Part shown: positions 1 to 10,707 of the stretch, piece by piece
How positions within the stretch are numbered: the first letter of the stretch is position 1
How the letters are laid out: the number at the start of each line of letters is the position of its first letter
Made by a program: the position numbers and the translations under genes
Source: Chloropicon primus
Lineage: Eukaryota
DNA: 64,000 nucleotides
Reading direction: 5' to 3'
NCBI GenBank assembly: GCA_023205875.1
Contig: CP060767.1
Span: forward strand, 124,001 to 188,000
Notes under the pieces: generated by a model
Databases searched by the model: none
What the model saw: only the letters and a program-made list of their open reading frames with translations
What the model was told of the DNA's origin: nothing

Positions 1-639
1 GAACCCAAGCTGCGAATAGAAAACGATGAGAAGGAGGGTTGCGGGGTCCTTGCTCTGTCGGGTGAAGGCACAAGGGACGGGAAGCCGTGCTCCTACGGCC
101 TGTCACTGGAGCTGTTCGGGGAGCTGAATAAGGACGAGAGCAAAGTCAGTGTTGGGGATAGGAAGATCGTTCTCGTGCTGCTGAAAAGCAAGAGCGGGCC
201 GCACTGGCCCCGTCTGCTCAAGGCGAAAGGGAAGGCGCCGCAAAACATCAAGGTGGACTGGGACTTGTACATGGACTCCGACGAGGAGGAGGAGCAGGAG
301 AAGAAGTCGAATTTCGACATCGGAACCCTCGACGACTTTTCAGTAAGTGGTGGTCCGCTTTTATTGTCTTCCGCTCGTTTGCTTGGATTGGCGAAACTAA
401 CGGAGTCCCTCCCTCGGCTCGGCTTCACAACAAAACCGCAGAAATTCGATGACCCACTTGACAAGGACGTGCACACGGACAGCGAAGACAGCGACGATGA
501 AGGTAGGTAACCGCCATCGCGTCGTCGTGATCAAGGGCGTTCAAATGCCTTGTAACGCTTGCTCCAGGTGGTTCGATTCTCGCTGACTCGTCTCTCTTCG
601 TCTGATCGGATTGCAGACCTCCCAGACTTGGTGAATTGA
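1..639 (+). CDS. p23/Sba1-like HSP90 co-chaperone (CS domain), 5'-partial, 3 visible exons
   Basis: Translation contains HWPRLLK...IKVDWDLYMDSDEEE typical of p23; GT-AG introns near 343-441 and 503-616; ends DLPDLVN*. Confidence 0.8.
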
Positions 640-742
640 GTGAGGAGAATATTGTGGCACAGAATGATCTATAGGTGAACATTTAATATACTACTGCAAG
701 CTTGCGGGCGTCCCATCGGCACGACGACGACTTGGGTGGCCA

Positions 743-1512
743 TCACGCGGTTTTAACGAGATTATTCATGTGCACCGAAGCGAGCTCCGCGTACTTCTTT
801 GCTGATACTGGAAGAAAATCCTTTTCCTTTTCCGTCAGGTCTCGCATGTATCGAGCTGGCCTTCCTCCCCAAATCTCCCCGCTCGGTATTGTCTTCCCAG
901 GTGTGAGCAGGGATCCCGCTGCAAGCATGCTCCCTCGGCTCATGACGCAGCCATCCATGACCACGGCACCCATTCCAACAAAGCTCAAGTCTTCCAACGT
1001 GCAACTGTGCTCGACGACGACGAAGACAGAGAACGAGAGGTCAGCTCTCAGGAATCTCAAACACTGCAAGCGCCAGGAGAGGGAAGAATGGGAGAGGGGG
1101 ATGGAGATGGCGCGGCAAAACTTACGCATGGAGCAAGGCCATGTGACCCACAGTGACCTGGTTGCCAATCACCGTTGGCAAGCTGGTTCCTTGAGCATTA
1201 TGTTTCGCGACGTGAATAACAGTGCCATCTTGTATGTTAGTCTCCTCCCCTATCCTGATCTCGTTCACGTCTCCTCGAAGGACCTGTCAGTGCATCAAAA
1301 CGGTGGCCAGGGTCAGTCAAGAGGACGACGGCAATCCAAAACGCAATTCTGTAAGGGCTTACGCAATTGTACCAAACGGAGCTTCCGTTCCCGATGGTCA
1401 CGTCTCCAACAACAGAAGCAGAAGGAGCTAGGAACACTTTCGAGGCGTCGAAGTTTGGCTTGCCGATCCCTTCGAGAGCCCAAGTGGAGAGCCTCCTCCT
1501 TGCGCAAAGCAT
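743..1512 (-). CDS. Gamma carbonic anhydrase-like protein (hexapeptide repeat; mitochondrial complex I CA type), spliced
   Basis: Exons give FLAPSASVVGDVTIGNGSSVWYN..LRGDVNEIRIG..TNIQDG..VGH.ALLHACTLED.SFVGMGAVVMDG..IPSGEIWGGRPA; Arg-rich N-terminus. Confidence 0.88.
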
Positions 1513-2036
1513 CGCGAAGACGGTGCCCCTCTCTGGTGTCTGAGCGAAGCAAAAAAACTAATCAATCAGTCGTCATTCCTCGCCAAGGGCACCAAATCCT
1601 TCGAGTTAGGGGTCAGCGGAAAGATCGAGAGACGAAGGTTTCATCTGTATCCCCCTCCCTCGCCCCATCCATCCCAACCGCCCTCCCTTTCCTCCAAGGC
1701 ACGACAGTTACTCCACTCACCTCCCTCCTCTCGCTTTTCCCTGAGGTGCCTCCATCCCATAGACAATTCTTGAGAGGTCGAGCAGAGAGAGGTGAGTTTG
1801 GGTTTGATGGAGAGTTTGAGGGCAGAAGGACGGGAGAGAAGGATAAAGGTTTCGCATATAGGAATCGATACATCTTACGATCTTTCTTTTAAGCCCTTTC
1901 TCGAACGATTTGGCGTCCTATGGAAGAATTGAGGCTGAAACAAAGTCTGTTCTCGTTTCTCGTTTGCGTTTGCTTGGTTGGTGTTTGATGGCAATAGCTA
2001 GTGTCGAGTTCTGAGGGGGAGAGAGAAGTTGAGGCA

Positions 2037-2315
2037 ATGGCGGACCACCAGGCTACAGTGGACAGGGAAGTTCTCGAGATCCAGAGAGACATCAAGCGCA
2101 TCGGCACTCAGAACGACGATGGAAACTTCACTGTGAAGTTCGGAGTTCTCTTCGAGGACGAGAAGGTGGAGCAGTACTACGAGGCCATCGTTGGAACGCT
2201 CAAGGCGGCGAAGAAGAGGGGCTTTATTGATTTCAAGGGACAGATGCTCTTGAAGGGGGCTCACGATGACGTGGACGTCATCTTGGTGAACGAGACGCTT
2301 CCCGAGAACGAGTGA
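2037..2315 (+). CDS. Costars-domain protein (ABRACL-like)
   Basis: VKFGVLFEDEKVEQYYEAIVGTLKAAKKRGFIDFKGQMLLKGAHDDVDVIL matches the Costars family consensus. Confidence 0.9.
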   Translation: MADHQATVDREVLEIQRDIKRIGTQNDDGNFTVKFGVLFEDEKVEQYYEAIVGTLKAAKKRGFIDFKGQMLLKGAHDDVDVILVNETLPENE

Positions 2316-2506
2316 TTGGCCTCGGAGACACTTTCCTACTATTTCGTTCTCTTGTGTTATTCTTAATTCTTTCGTCTTCCTGGCCAAGCAGGCAAGAAGG
2401 CACGGGGATTATGGGTTATGGGTGTAAGTTATAGAGCTATAAGCGTTTGTCAAGCATTATGTGCGTTTCATGGATGAGGGCTGGAGCGGTTTCTCTCCTG
2501 GCCCTC

Positions 2507-3714
2507 TCACACGTTCACCCTCTCGAGGAACTTGATGGTCTTCTCGAGGGTCTTCTCATTGCCGGGCTCATGAATTAGCACGTGCCAGGATCCAGGGCAG
2601 TCCTCGTGGACCTTGATCTCGCTGGACGCCTCCGCCACCAGCCTGCGGGAGCCATCGGGATCCACCATCGTGTCCCCCTCGCTGTGGAAGGTCACGAACG
2701 GCAGCGTGATGCTCTTCAGGTTCTTCATGATGTGCTCAGTCACCCTGAGGTACTCTGCAGCGAGCCTCACTGGCGTGTTGCCGTGATAAGAAAAGAAATC
2801 CTTGTCAAACTCCTCCTGCAAGTTCGGGAATTTGCTTTTGTCCACCGCGGCGAGCCGCCACGTTGGCCCCACGCGGTTGAACAGATCGATCATTGGCTTG
2901 AGGTACGGGTTCAAGCCCTTCTTCGACACCCTCTCGAGCGACAGCATCGGGGCATAGAACAGGGCGGCCTTGAAGCGCTTCTCGTCCCGAAGAATCATCA
3001 TGGCCGCTCGCGCTCCGCCCATCGACACCGCGAAGGGGAAGACGGGCAGACCGGCCTCGAACCCCTTCCCGCCGAGGTCCGCCATCCTGTCCATGAAGGC
3101 AAGCTCGTCTGCAACGACGTTGTCGAAGCTCTCAAAGTAGCTCTGCAGTCCCTTGCACCCCTCCGACCTGCCCTTGCTCTGGACATCGATGCCGCAGCAG
3201 CTATACCCCCTGTTGTTGAGCTCCTCGATCCACGAGCCTCGATAGACTAGGGAGAGAAAGAGAGACGCGCCAAGAGAGTGTAAGCGAGGGTATTCTAAGC
3301 CTGACGGAGGGACCACGACTCACTTCTGTCGAATCCAGCACCCCGTGAGTTCTTTAAGAACTCGAAAGGAACGTTCGTGCCGTGACCGTGCAGCAGCAGG
3401 AGGATGCCCTTTGACTGCTTCGCCTTCGCGGGCCAAAAGTAGCTGAATATCTTGTACCCTTGGGCATTCTTCCACTGCTTGGTGAACCCGTGAGGCCCCT
3501 GAGGAAGAAACCGAAGAGACGACCAAAAGGCAACCCAATCGTCAGCTCATTCCCCTTGATTCCTCTGCCACCACTCTCCACTCACCAGTGTTTCCTCGTC
3601 CGGTTGCAGCTTCTCTTGCGGTGGCCACGGCGCTCCTTTGTTCCTGTGCGAAGACAGCGCGTAAGCGCCGAGGCCGACGAGCCCTGCCACGGCCACGCTC
3701 GCCCCCACTTGCAT
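2507..3714 (-). CDS. Alpha/beta hydrolase (monoacylglycerol lipase / serine aminopeptidase S33-like), tandem copy 1; introns 3247-3323 and 3499-3585
   Basis: LLHGHG, GRSEG, nucleophile AVSMGG, FHSEGDTMVDP and WHVL motifs; removing the GT-AG introns restores a frame colinear with copy 2. Confidence 0.88.
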
Positions 3715-3974
3715 CGTCGTCGTGTCGTGCTCTCTCTCTCTCTCTCTCTCTCCCTCTCCTGTAAGTAACGCTCGCTCGGGCGTTGGGGAGATGAGATGTT
3801 TTTTCGATCAAGCTTTCGGGGCAGAGGGAGAGGCCCCGAAGGAAGGAAGGGAAGGACATGTTCGGGCATTGGACCGTGGGCGTCGTTTGGTTGCTGGTCA
3901 TCCCTTGATCGTCCAGTGGGTGCCTTTTTACATTTTCTGTTTACATATGGAGTCTTTTCCTTGCCGAACGCTGC

Positions 3975-5061
3975 TCAAGCGTTCACCCTCTCGAGGAACT
4001 TGATGGTCTTCTCGAGGGTCTTCTCATTGCCGGGCTCGTTGATGAGGATGTGCCAGGATCCAGGGCAGTCCTCGTGGACCTTGATCTCGCTGGACGCCTC
4101 CGCCACCAGCCTGTGGGAGCCATCGGGATCCACCATCGTGTCCCCCTCGCTGTGGAAGGTCACGAACGGCAGCGTGATGCTCTTCAGGTTCTTCATGATG
4201 TGCTCAGTCACCCTGAGGTACTCTGCAGCGAGCCTCACTCTCGTTTTGCCTGCAACGGCGGGGGAAACCAGAAGAGGTGGGGGAGAGGGAATCAGTCAGA
4301 AGGGGGGCGTCCGCACGCGCACCACTCGCTCGTCGAAACTTACCCTGATCCGAGAAGAAGTCGTTGTCAAACTCCTCCTGCAAGTCTGGATACATGTGGT
4401 TCGAGTCCGCAGACGCGATTCGCCAGGTGGGCGTCGCAAAGTTGAACAGATCGATCATTGGCTTGAGGTACGGGTTCAAGCCCTTCTTCGACAACCTCTC
4501 GAGCGACAGCATCGGGGCATAGAACATGGCGGCCTTGAAGCGCTTCTCGTCCCGAAGAATCATCATGGCCGCTCGCGCTCCGCCCATCGACACCGCGAAG
4601 GGGAAGACGGGCAGACCGGCCTCGAACCCCTTCCCGCCGAGGTCCGCCATCCTGTCCATGAAGGCAAAGTCATCCGCAACGACGTTGTCGAAGCTCTCAA
4701 AGTAATTCTTGAGTCCCTTGCACCCCTCCGACCTGCCCTTGCTCTGGACATCGATGCCGCAGCAGCTATACCCCCTGTTGTTGAGCTCCTCGATCCACGA
4801 GTCCTTGTACACCCTCTCGATGCCAACTCCAGCTCCCTTTCTCGTCAGGAACTCAAAGGGAACGTTCACGCCGTGACCGTGCAGCAGCAGGAGGATGCCC
4901 TTTGACTGCTTCGCCTTCGCGGGCCAAAAGTAGCTGAATATCTTGTACCCTTGGGCGTTCTTCCACTGCTTGGTGAACCCGTGAGGCCCCTTTGCAGTCT
5001 CAGAAAGCTCGAGGCGATCTTGTGGAGGCCAAGGGTGCTGGTTGTTATCCAACTTTGGCAT
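3975..5061 (-). CDS. Alpha/beta hydrolase (monoacylglycerol lipase-like), tandem copy 2; intron 4250-4343
   Basis: Same motifs as copy 1, with long blocks nearly identical at DNA level; splice joins SDQG|KTRVRL; start uncertain. Confidence 0.88.
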
Positions 5062-5788
5062 GCTGTCCTCTTTTCTGGTTGTGCAAAGTAATTCGTTTTT
5101 CTGTGTTTGCTGCTACTGCCAAACCCGAGTAGACCTGCTCCTCAACCTATGCTCCTCAATCACGAGGAAAGGAAAGAACGCAGAGAGTCAGGTCAGCTCA
5201 TCCTGCCTTGCCAACACAAACTCCTGGAACAATCTCTTCCAAGATTGTTCATCTTGGAACCCAAACGACTGGTTCCTTTCTCTCTCAAAGCAGGAAGAGA
5301 ATGCAGGAGGACGCATGGAGGGGAGCGTGAATGGCGGAGCTTACTTTCACGCTTCCCAGCCTTGCCCATACCAAGGGTGCCCCTAGCGTTCGAGAGACAC
5401 AGAGAGAGAGACACAGAGAGAGAGACCTTGTTGCTGTGACTCTGGTTTGTGTCTGAAAATCAGGATGACGAAGCAGGGGACAAATATCTCTCGAGGATGA
5501 TGGAAAACGACTGGCTTTGGAGTCTGTGTCTGAGGGAGGATCAGAGGGACGGGAGGGCAAGAAGGTGGATTGCTGCTCACCATCCTCACCGTGCCTTACT
5601 CCTCTCCTCCTCCTCTTTCGTTCAAACCCGTGCTCGAAAGTATTGGAGCAAGGCGAAAGGGGGAGGACTTGTGCTCGGAATGAATCTGCTCACCCATACT
5701 ATACTATGGATGACCTATTTATTCGTTTGGAAGTGGTTACTTTTTGTACGATTGCAGTGGCAGCCTATTCCCTGGCCCATCACACAAC

Positions 5789-6895
5789 TTACTTGTTCTT
5801 TTGCTTCTTTCCACCTCCGCTGCTGAGGTACTTTTGGACGAAAAAGTTGCCGAAGAGGAAGAGGAGCGTGACCATGTACACGACGATGAGCTGGGACAGC
5901 CACTTTGGGTAGTCCGAGTAGAGCGTGCAGTAAACCCCCTGCGCCAGCATGGACAAGAATTGCGTCATCTGGAAGCTTGTCATGTAGCGACCCCACCACA
6001 AATACTTCCTCCTGAACCCTGGGCTATTCGAAGAGATGCTGGCCAGGTAGTAGTACGTATACATGGCGACGTGGACGAGCGAGTTCAGCGCCGCAGAGTA
6101 CCAAGCGTCACCACCTGGTGCGTAAAAAGCGATGGCCCACCAAATCAAGGAGATGGAGAGGTGGTGGTACACGTGCAGGAAGGACACCTGCTTCAAGTTC
6201 CCCTTCAAGAGCATGATGTACGTGTCAAAGTACTCGTACAGCTTGGAGATGTAGAAGATGTAGATACCCCTTGCCATGCCCACCTCCCTCACATCGTATG
6301 CTTGCCCCCAGAAGCTGTACTTGTTGACGTAGGCTTGATAGCAACTGTTCACGAACATGAACGAACTGAGAAGGATGAGGAAAACGTTGTGGAACTTCAC
6401 AAGCCTGTCGAGGTAGGCCGGCGTCTTCGTCTGCCCACCAGAGAGAGAGACAGAGAGACAGAGAAGAAGACAGAGATATCGTCAGTCAGAAGTTTGGACA
6501 CAACACGGCAGGGGGAAGGGAAGAAGCCCCTCCCAAACAACAACAGCAACAGCAACAGCAACCACCACCACCTGACAAAAAAACTTTTCTTCAAGAGAAG
6601 CCTGACCGCCTCTCCTCGTCGACTGAGACCCCCCGTCCGGGTCCTGACTCACCTTCTTGGTCTTGTCCACAGGAGTGATCGTGACCAGGCCAACTCCAAC
6701 AATGAAAAGGTACACGATGGCCCAAGTGACCAGTATCGTTGGCGTCCTGACAGCTGGCAAGTCCACCGTGTGCGGGCACGGCGTCTTCCTGATGTCCACA
6801 CCGAAGGCGGTCTGGATCACACCAAACACCGTGTCGGACACAGTGCCATCCCACTTGGCCCAATACACCTTGGCCAATTCCATGTACCCCTCCAT
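5789..6895 (-). CDS. ELO-type fatty acid elongase (PUFA elongase-like), one intron ~6433-6652
   Basis: KLYEYFDT, QVSFLHVYHH, NSLVHVAMYTYY, TSFQMTQF motifs; C-terminal KKQKNK. Confidence 0.92.
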
Positions 6896-7465
6896 CCTTC
6901 TCGAACAATGCTGTCCAAGTACTCCTGGTTGCCAGCCAAATTCCTCCAACTCTGTCGGCCAATCCCCTTCACCTTTTTCGTCCAGACTCAATCCAAAGCT
7001 TCACTGAGGTCGCCTTTCGTCGATGGACTCGTCCTTGTGTTCCCAAAGATGCCACCTTTGCCGCTCCCTTGGCTCTCTCTCTCTCTCTCCCCCTCTGTCC
7101 TTGGCGGCTTGTGAGAGGGGAGCAAAGGACAGAGAGCAGAAGGAGAGCAGAGGGAGCAGAAGGAGAGCACAGAGATCAAGACGAATCGGAGGATAGATTA
7201 CAGGATAGAGGCTGTCGAGTTCAGTTCCTCCGAATCGAAAAGTGCTTTCGTTTTTTCTCGTGTTTTCTTTTCATCTGTCGCACGGGGAGAAAGGTTTCCT
7301 TCGCAGGCCCAAGGCCCTTTCCTTTAACCAAGACGAAGAGAGGAAGAAGCAAGAGAGCAAGAGAGGAGGAAGCACCAAGGCTCGGAGCACCAAGGAAACC
7401 TCTTCGTCCCTTTCCATCCATTCAAACCGTTCCAACCGTTCTTGTTCCTTCCTTGAAGAGTGGGA

Positions 7466-7503
7466 CGAAAGGAAAGGAAAGGAAAGGAAAGGAAAGGAAA
7501 GGA
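7466..7503. repeat. (GGAAA)n microsatellite
   Basis: About 7 perfect GGAAA units. Confidence 0.9.
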
Positions 7504-7909
7504 ACAAACAGAGGTGTCCGAGGAGTCAGGACGGTTGTCCTCAGGAGAGAGAAGGGGAAGGATTGGATCTCCTCCTCCTCGTCGTCCTCGTCGTCGTCGT
7601 CGTCGTCGTCCTTTAGGTTTGATTAACTTAACCCCCCTCGCCCTCGCCCTCTCGCCTCCTTTTTCCAAAATTCATTCAGCAGCAGTCAGCAGAGGAGGAC
7701 AGACCGAGCGCGCGCGCGGTCGAGGGCAAAAAAGCTCTGAAGCGGGCGGAACAAGAAGAGAGAGGGGCGGACGCTGGAATTGTTTTCTTGTCATCGATCG
7801 CGATCGAATCGATTGGGGTTTCAGGATATCTTCTTCTTCTTCTTCTTTTTGAAACACCAACAACTTTGCGACAAAGTTTCATCCCCGGGAGAGAAAACAA
7901 TAGAAGAGG

Positions 7910-8945
7910 ATGCAGGAGGTTGTGCAAGTTGTGCAAGCCAAGTGGGCCGAGTGGGATGCAATCGTCGATCCCATCGTGTTCCAAGGGATCGAGAAGGTGA
8001 GTCAAGTCCCTCGCATCGTTTCCCTCCAAAGCCTCACCCACCAGCCGCCATCCTCCGTCCTCGTTTTTTTTTGTTTTTGTTTTGCTTTGCTCCATGGGAC
8101 TGACGGACGGACTTGCTCCTTGTCGTTGTTGTCGTGCTTGGCGTCCTCAGGTCTTTGGCGAGGACATTCGGAAGTACCCGTCCCTCGCGTTGCGCCAGCA
8201 GTCCAAGCTGATCCAATCGCCAACGCTCGTCGTGACGTCTTCCTTGTTCTATGTCTTGTTCGTGTCGGTGGCCAAGCTGGTGGTGAACCAGAAGCCCAAA
8301 GGAGCGAAGGATCCACAATGGTTGAAGAACTTGGTGTTCGTTCACAACGTTTTCCTGGTTGTTCTGAGCACCTACATGGCCGGAGGCATCGCTAACGAGG
8401 TGTACAAGAACGGCTACTCGCTCTGGGGATCTCCGTACAACGAGAAGGAGACGGAGCTCGCGAGGTTTTTTCTCATCTTCACGCTCTCCAAGCTGTACGA
8501 GTACTTGGACACGGTCATCATGGTCTTGAAGAGGAACATGTACCAGGTGACTTTCTTGCACTGCTACCACCACGTGTCGGTCTCCTTCTTCTGGTGGATG
8601 GCCTACTACATCATGCCTGGCGGAGAAGGTTGGCTCGGCGCCGCGCTCAACTCCTTCGTGCACGTGATCATGTATTCATACTACTTGCTCGCCACCCTGT
8701 CGAGCAACAACCCGAGCTTCAGGAAGAAGTATTTGTGGTGGGGAAGGTATCTCACAACGTTCCAGATGCTCCAGTTCGTCGAGAACGGCCTGCACTGCGT
8801 TTATATGCTGAGGAACAAGACGTACTCCGCGGTCATGGCAAAGTTCGGCGTCTACTACATGGTGACGCTCCTCTTCCTTTTCGGCAACTTTTTCGTCCGA
8901 AAGTACGTCTTGGGGGGCTCGAAGTCGAAAGCCAAGAGACAGTAA
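7910..8945 (+). CDS. ELO-type fatty acid elongase, second paralog, divergent from the first; intron ~7997-8150
   Basis: KLYEYLDT, QVTFLHCYHH, NSFVHVIMYSYY, TTFQMLQF; first exon MQEVVQVVQAKWAEWD. Confidence 0.92.
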
Positions 8946-9175
8946 TGGCGAGGGGCACGAGGTCTTTAGGGTTCACTTCATATTGTTTTTTGGCAGTCCC
9001 TTGATTCTTGGTGTGCTCTCTTCGCCGTGCACCTCACGTAATATTATTGTTGAGAGAGAGTATACGGAGTACTCGGGGATAAGAGGGGGGGGATAACAAA
9101 CGAGTTCCAGACATGGATGAAATGCATCAGGCATTAATACATATTAATACATACTTTATACAAAAAGGCACCGTG

Positions 9176-10168
9176 TCACAGGTCTGCTCTCCTGAAGATG
9201 GATCGGTAGACTCTCTCCCCGTCCGAGCTCGCGTGGATCTCCCTCTCGGTGGGCACCCCCGTCGGGTTTTCCTTGATCCACCCGTCCTCATCCAAGACCT
9301 CGCCATCGCTGGAACCAAGGCAACCATTCGACAGGGCGAAGGCTGCGATCTCCTGCTCGGTGCCGACCCTGAACCTTGGGCTGCTCTCGAATCTGTTGTG
9401 CATGTCCACCAGGACCTCCAAGACGTCGCTCTGCAAGAAGACGTGGCCGGCCGGATCTAATACCCGTCCCACCTGGGCAATGAAATCGTCCTGCACGATT
9501 CTCCTCTTCTGGTGCCTTGTCTTGAAATGAGGGTCCGGGTACTGAACACTCACCAAGGTAACCTTGCCAGGATACTTTGACAAAGCGCTCTCGAACGACA
9601 CGGTGGCGTTTGTCGTGAAGTAGTGAACGTTGGAGTCCACCCCCAAGAGCTTGGCCCACTTGTTCGACCTCTCGATGAGCTTGCCCCTGATGTCCACTCC
9701 GAAGAAGTTCGACCTCCCTCCACTCCTCTTGGCCCTCGCCAACAAGAACCGTCCACTCCCGCAGCCCACATCAATCTCCAGCGGCAGACTGCAGTCCTCG
9801 TATATTTTGGTGAAGTCAACCGCTTCACTTGGTACCTGGAGCTCCTTCTTGAATGGATTGATGTGCTGCCTCACACGACCACCGCCTCCCACGCCTCCTG
9901 CCTTCTCGTAAAGGTCCTTGCTCGTCCCCCACAAGTCAGCTCCATCCATCTCCTGCACTGTGTGCTTATGATACGATGACGACGACGACGACGATGATGA
10001 TGATGATGATGAAGATGAGCTCGCCGGAGCAACGCAACGCGGTCGAGAACACGGCTGGCTAATGCTGTACCTCGTCCGTCCCCTTTGTCGGAGGATGCGG
10101 AGCACTCGCGCCGAGGACAACGTCACTGGCATGAGAGAAAAACCTATCTCCTCCTTGGAAAACCTCAC
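9176..10168 (-). CDS. trmB: tRNA (guanine-N7)-methyltransferase, TrmB type, probably organellar; start uncertain
   Basis: RVRQHINP, IDVGCGSGRFL, FFGVDIR, VQYPDPHFKTRHQKRR, TEREI motifs; Ser/Arg-rich N-terminal extension. Confidence 0.9.
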   Translation of the reverse strand: MRFSKEEIGFSLMPVTLSSARVLRILRQRGRTRYSISQPCSRPRCVAPASSSSSSSSSSSSSSSSYHKHTVQEMDGADLWGTSKDLYEKAGGVGGGGRVRQHINPFKKELQVPSEAVDFTKIYEDCSLPLEIDVGCGSGRFLLARAKRSGGRSNFFGVDIRGKLIERSNKWAKLLGVDSNVHYFTTNATVSFESALSKYPGKVTLVSVQYPDPHFKTRHQKRRIVQDDFIAQVGRVLDPAGHVFLQSDVLEVLVDMHNRFESSPRFRVGTEQEIAAFALSNGCLGSSDGEVLDEDGWIKENPTGVPTEREIHASSDGERVYRSIFRRADL

Positions 10169-10707
10169 GACGCAGCGCCACGCTCGTTGTGTACTGCGTC
10201 AAGTGAGACACCGTTGGAAAGTCCGCGAAAAGAACTTTCGATTCACGTTGCCCTCCTTCCCTCTTCCCCTCTTCCCCTCGTCCCCTTCATCCATCCAACT
10301 CCATCCTTGTCGCAGGACTCGCCTCCTCCATGAACTGGGCTCTGACAAAACCCTGAAGAAGATAAGGAGTTGAAAACGCGAGTGAGAATTAACGCCCGGG
10401 TTCGTCGCGCAACAAGGGAGAGGGAAGGTGTTGTTGTCGAGGACTTTGTGCACGGACGGGGACGGCGAAGGGGAGGAGGTGTGGAAAGAACGGAAGCGCG
10501 TCTCAAGGGCTTTCGATTGATACCGCGGCTGAAGGTTTTGGCGCACGGAGTGGTCCTCCGCTCGCTCGCTCTCTTTGCTACGACAGGCGTTACAGGAGGA
10601 GGTTGCCTCGAAGTTTGTTTCGTGAGTTGTTGGCTCGGTTGTGTGACGAGGAAGAGGAGGCAAGTCTTCGTCGAGCAGTGCAGTGTTGTGCGGTGCTTTG
10701 TTTCATC

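Noticed and set aside
5744..7114. Long antisense ORFs (e.g. 702-1892, 5744-7114, 19224-20516, 47997-49205, 54528-55874)
   Set aside because: Shadow frames opposite real GC3-rich genes, with no recognisable motifs.
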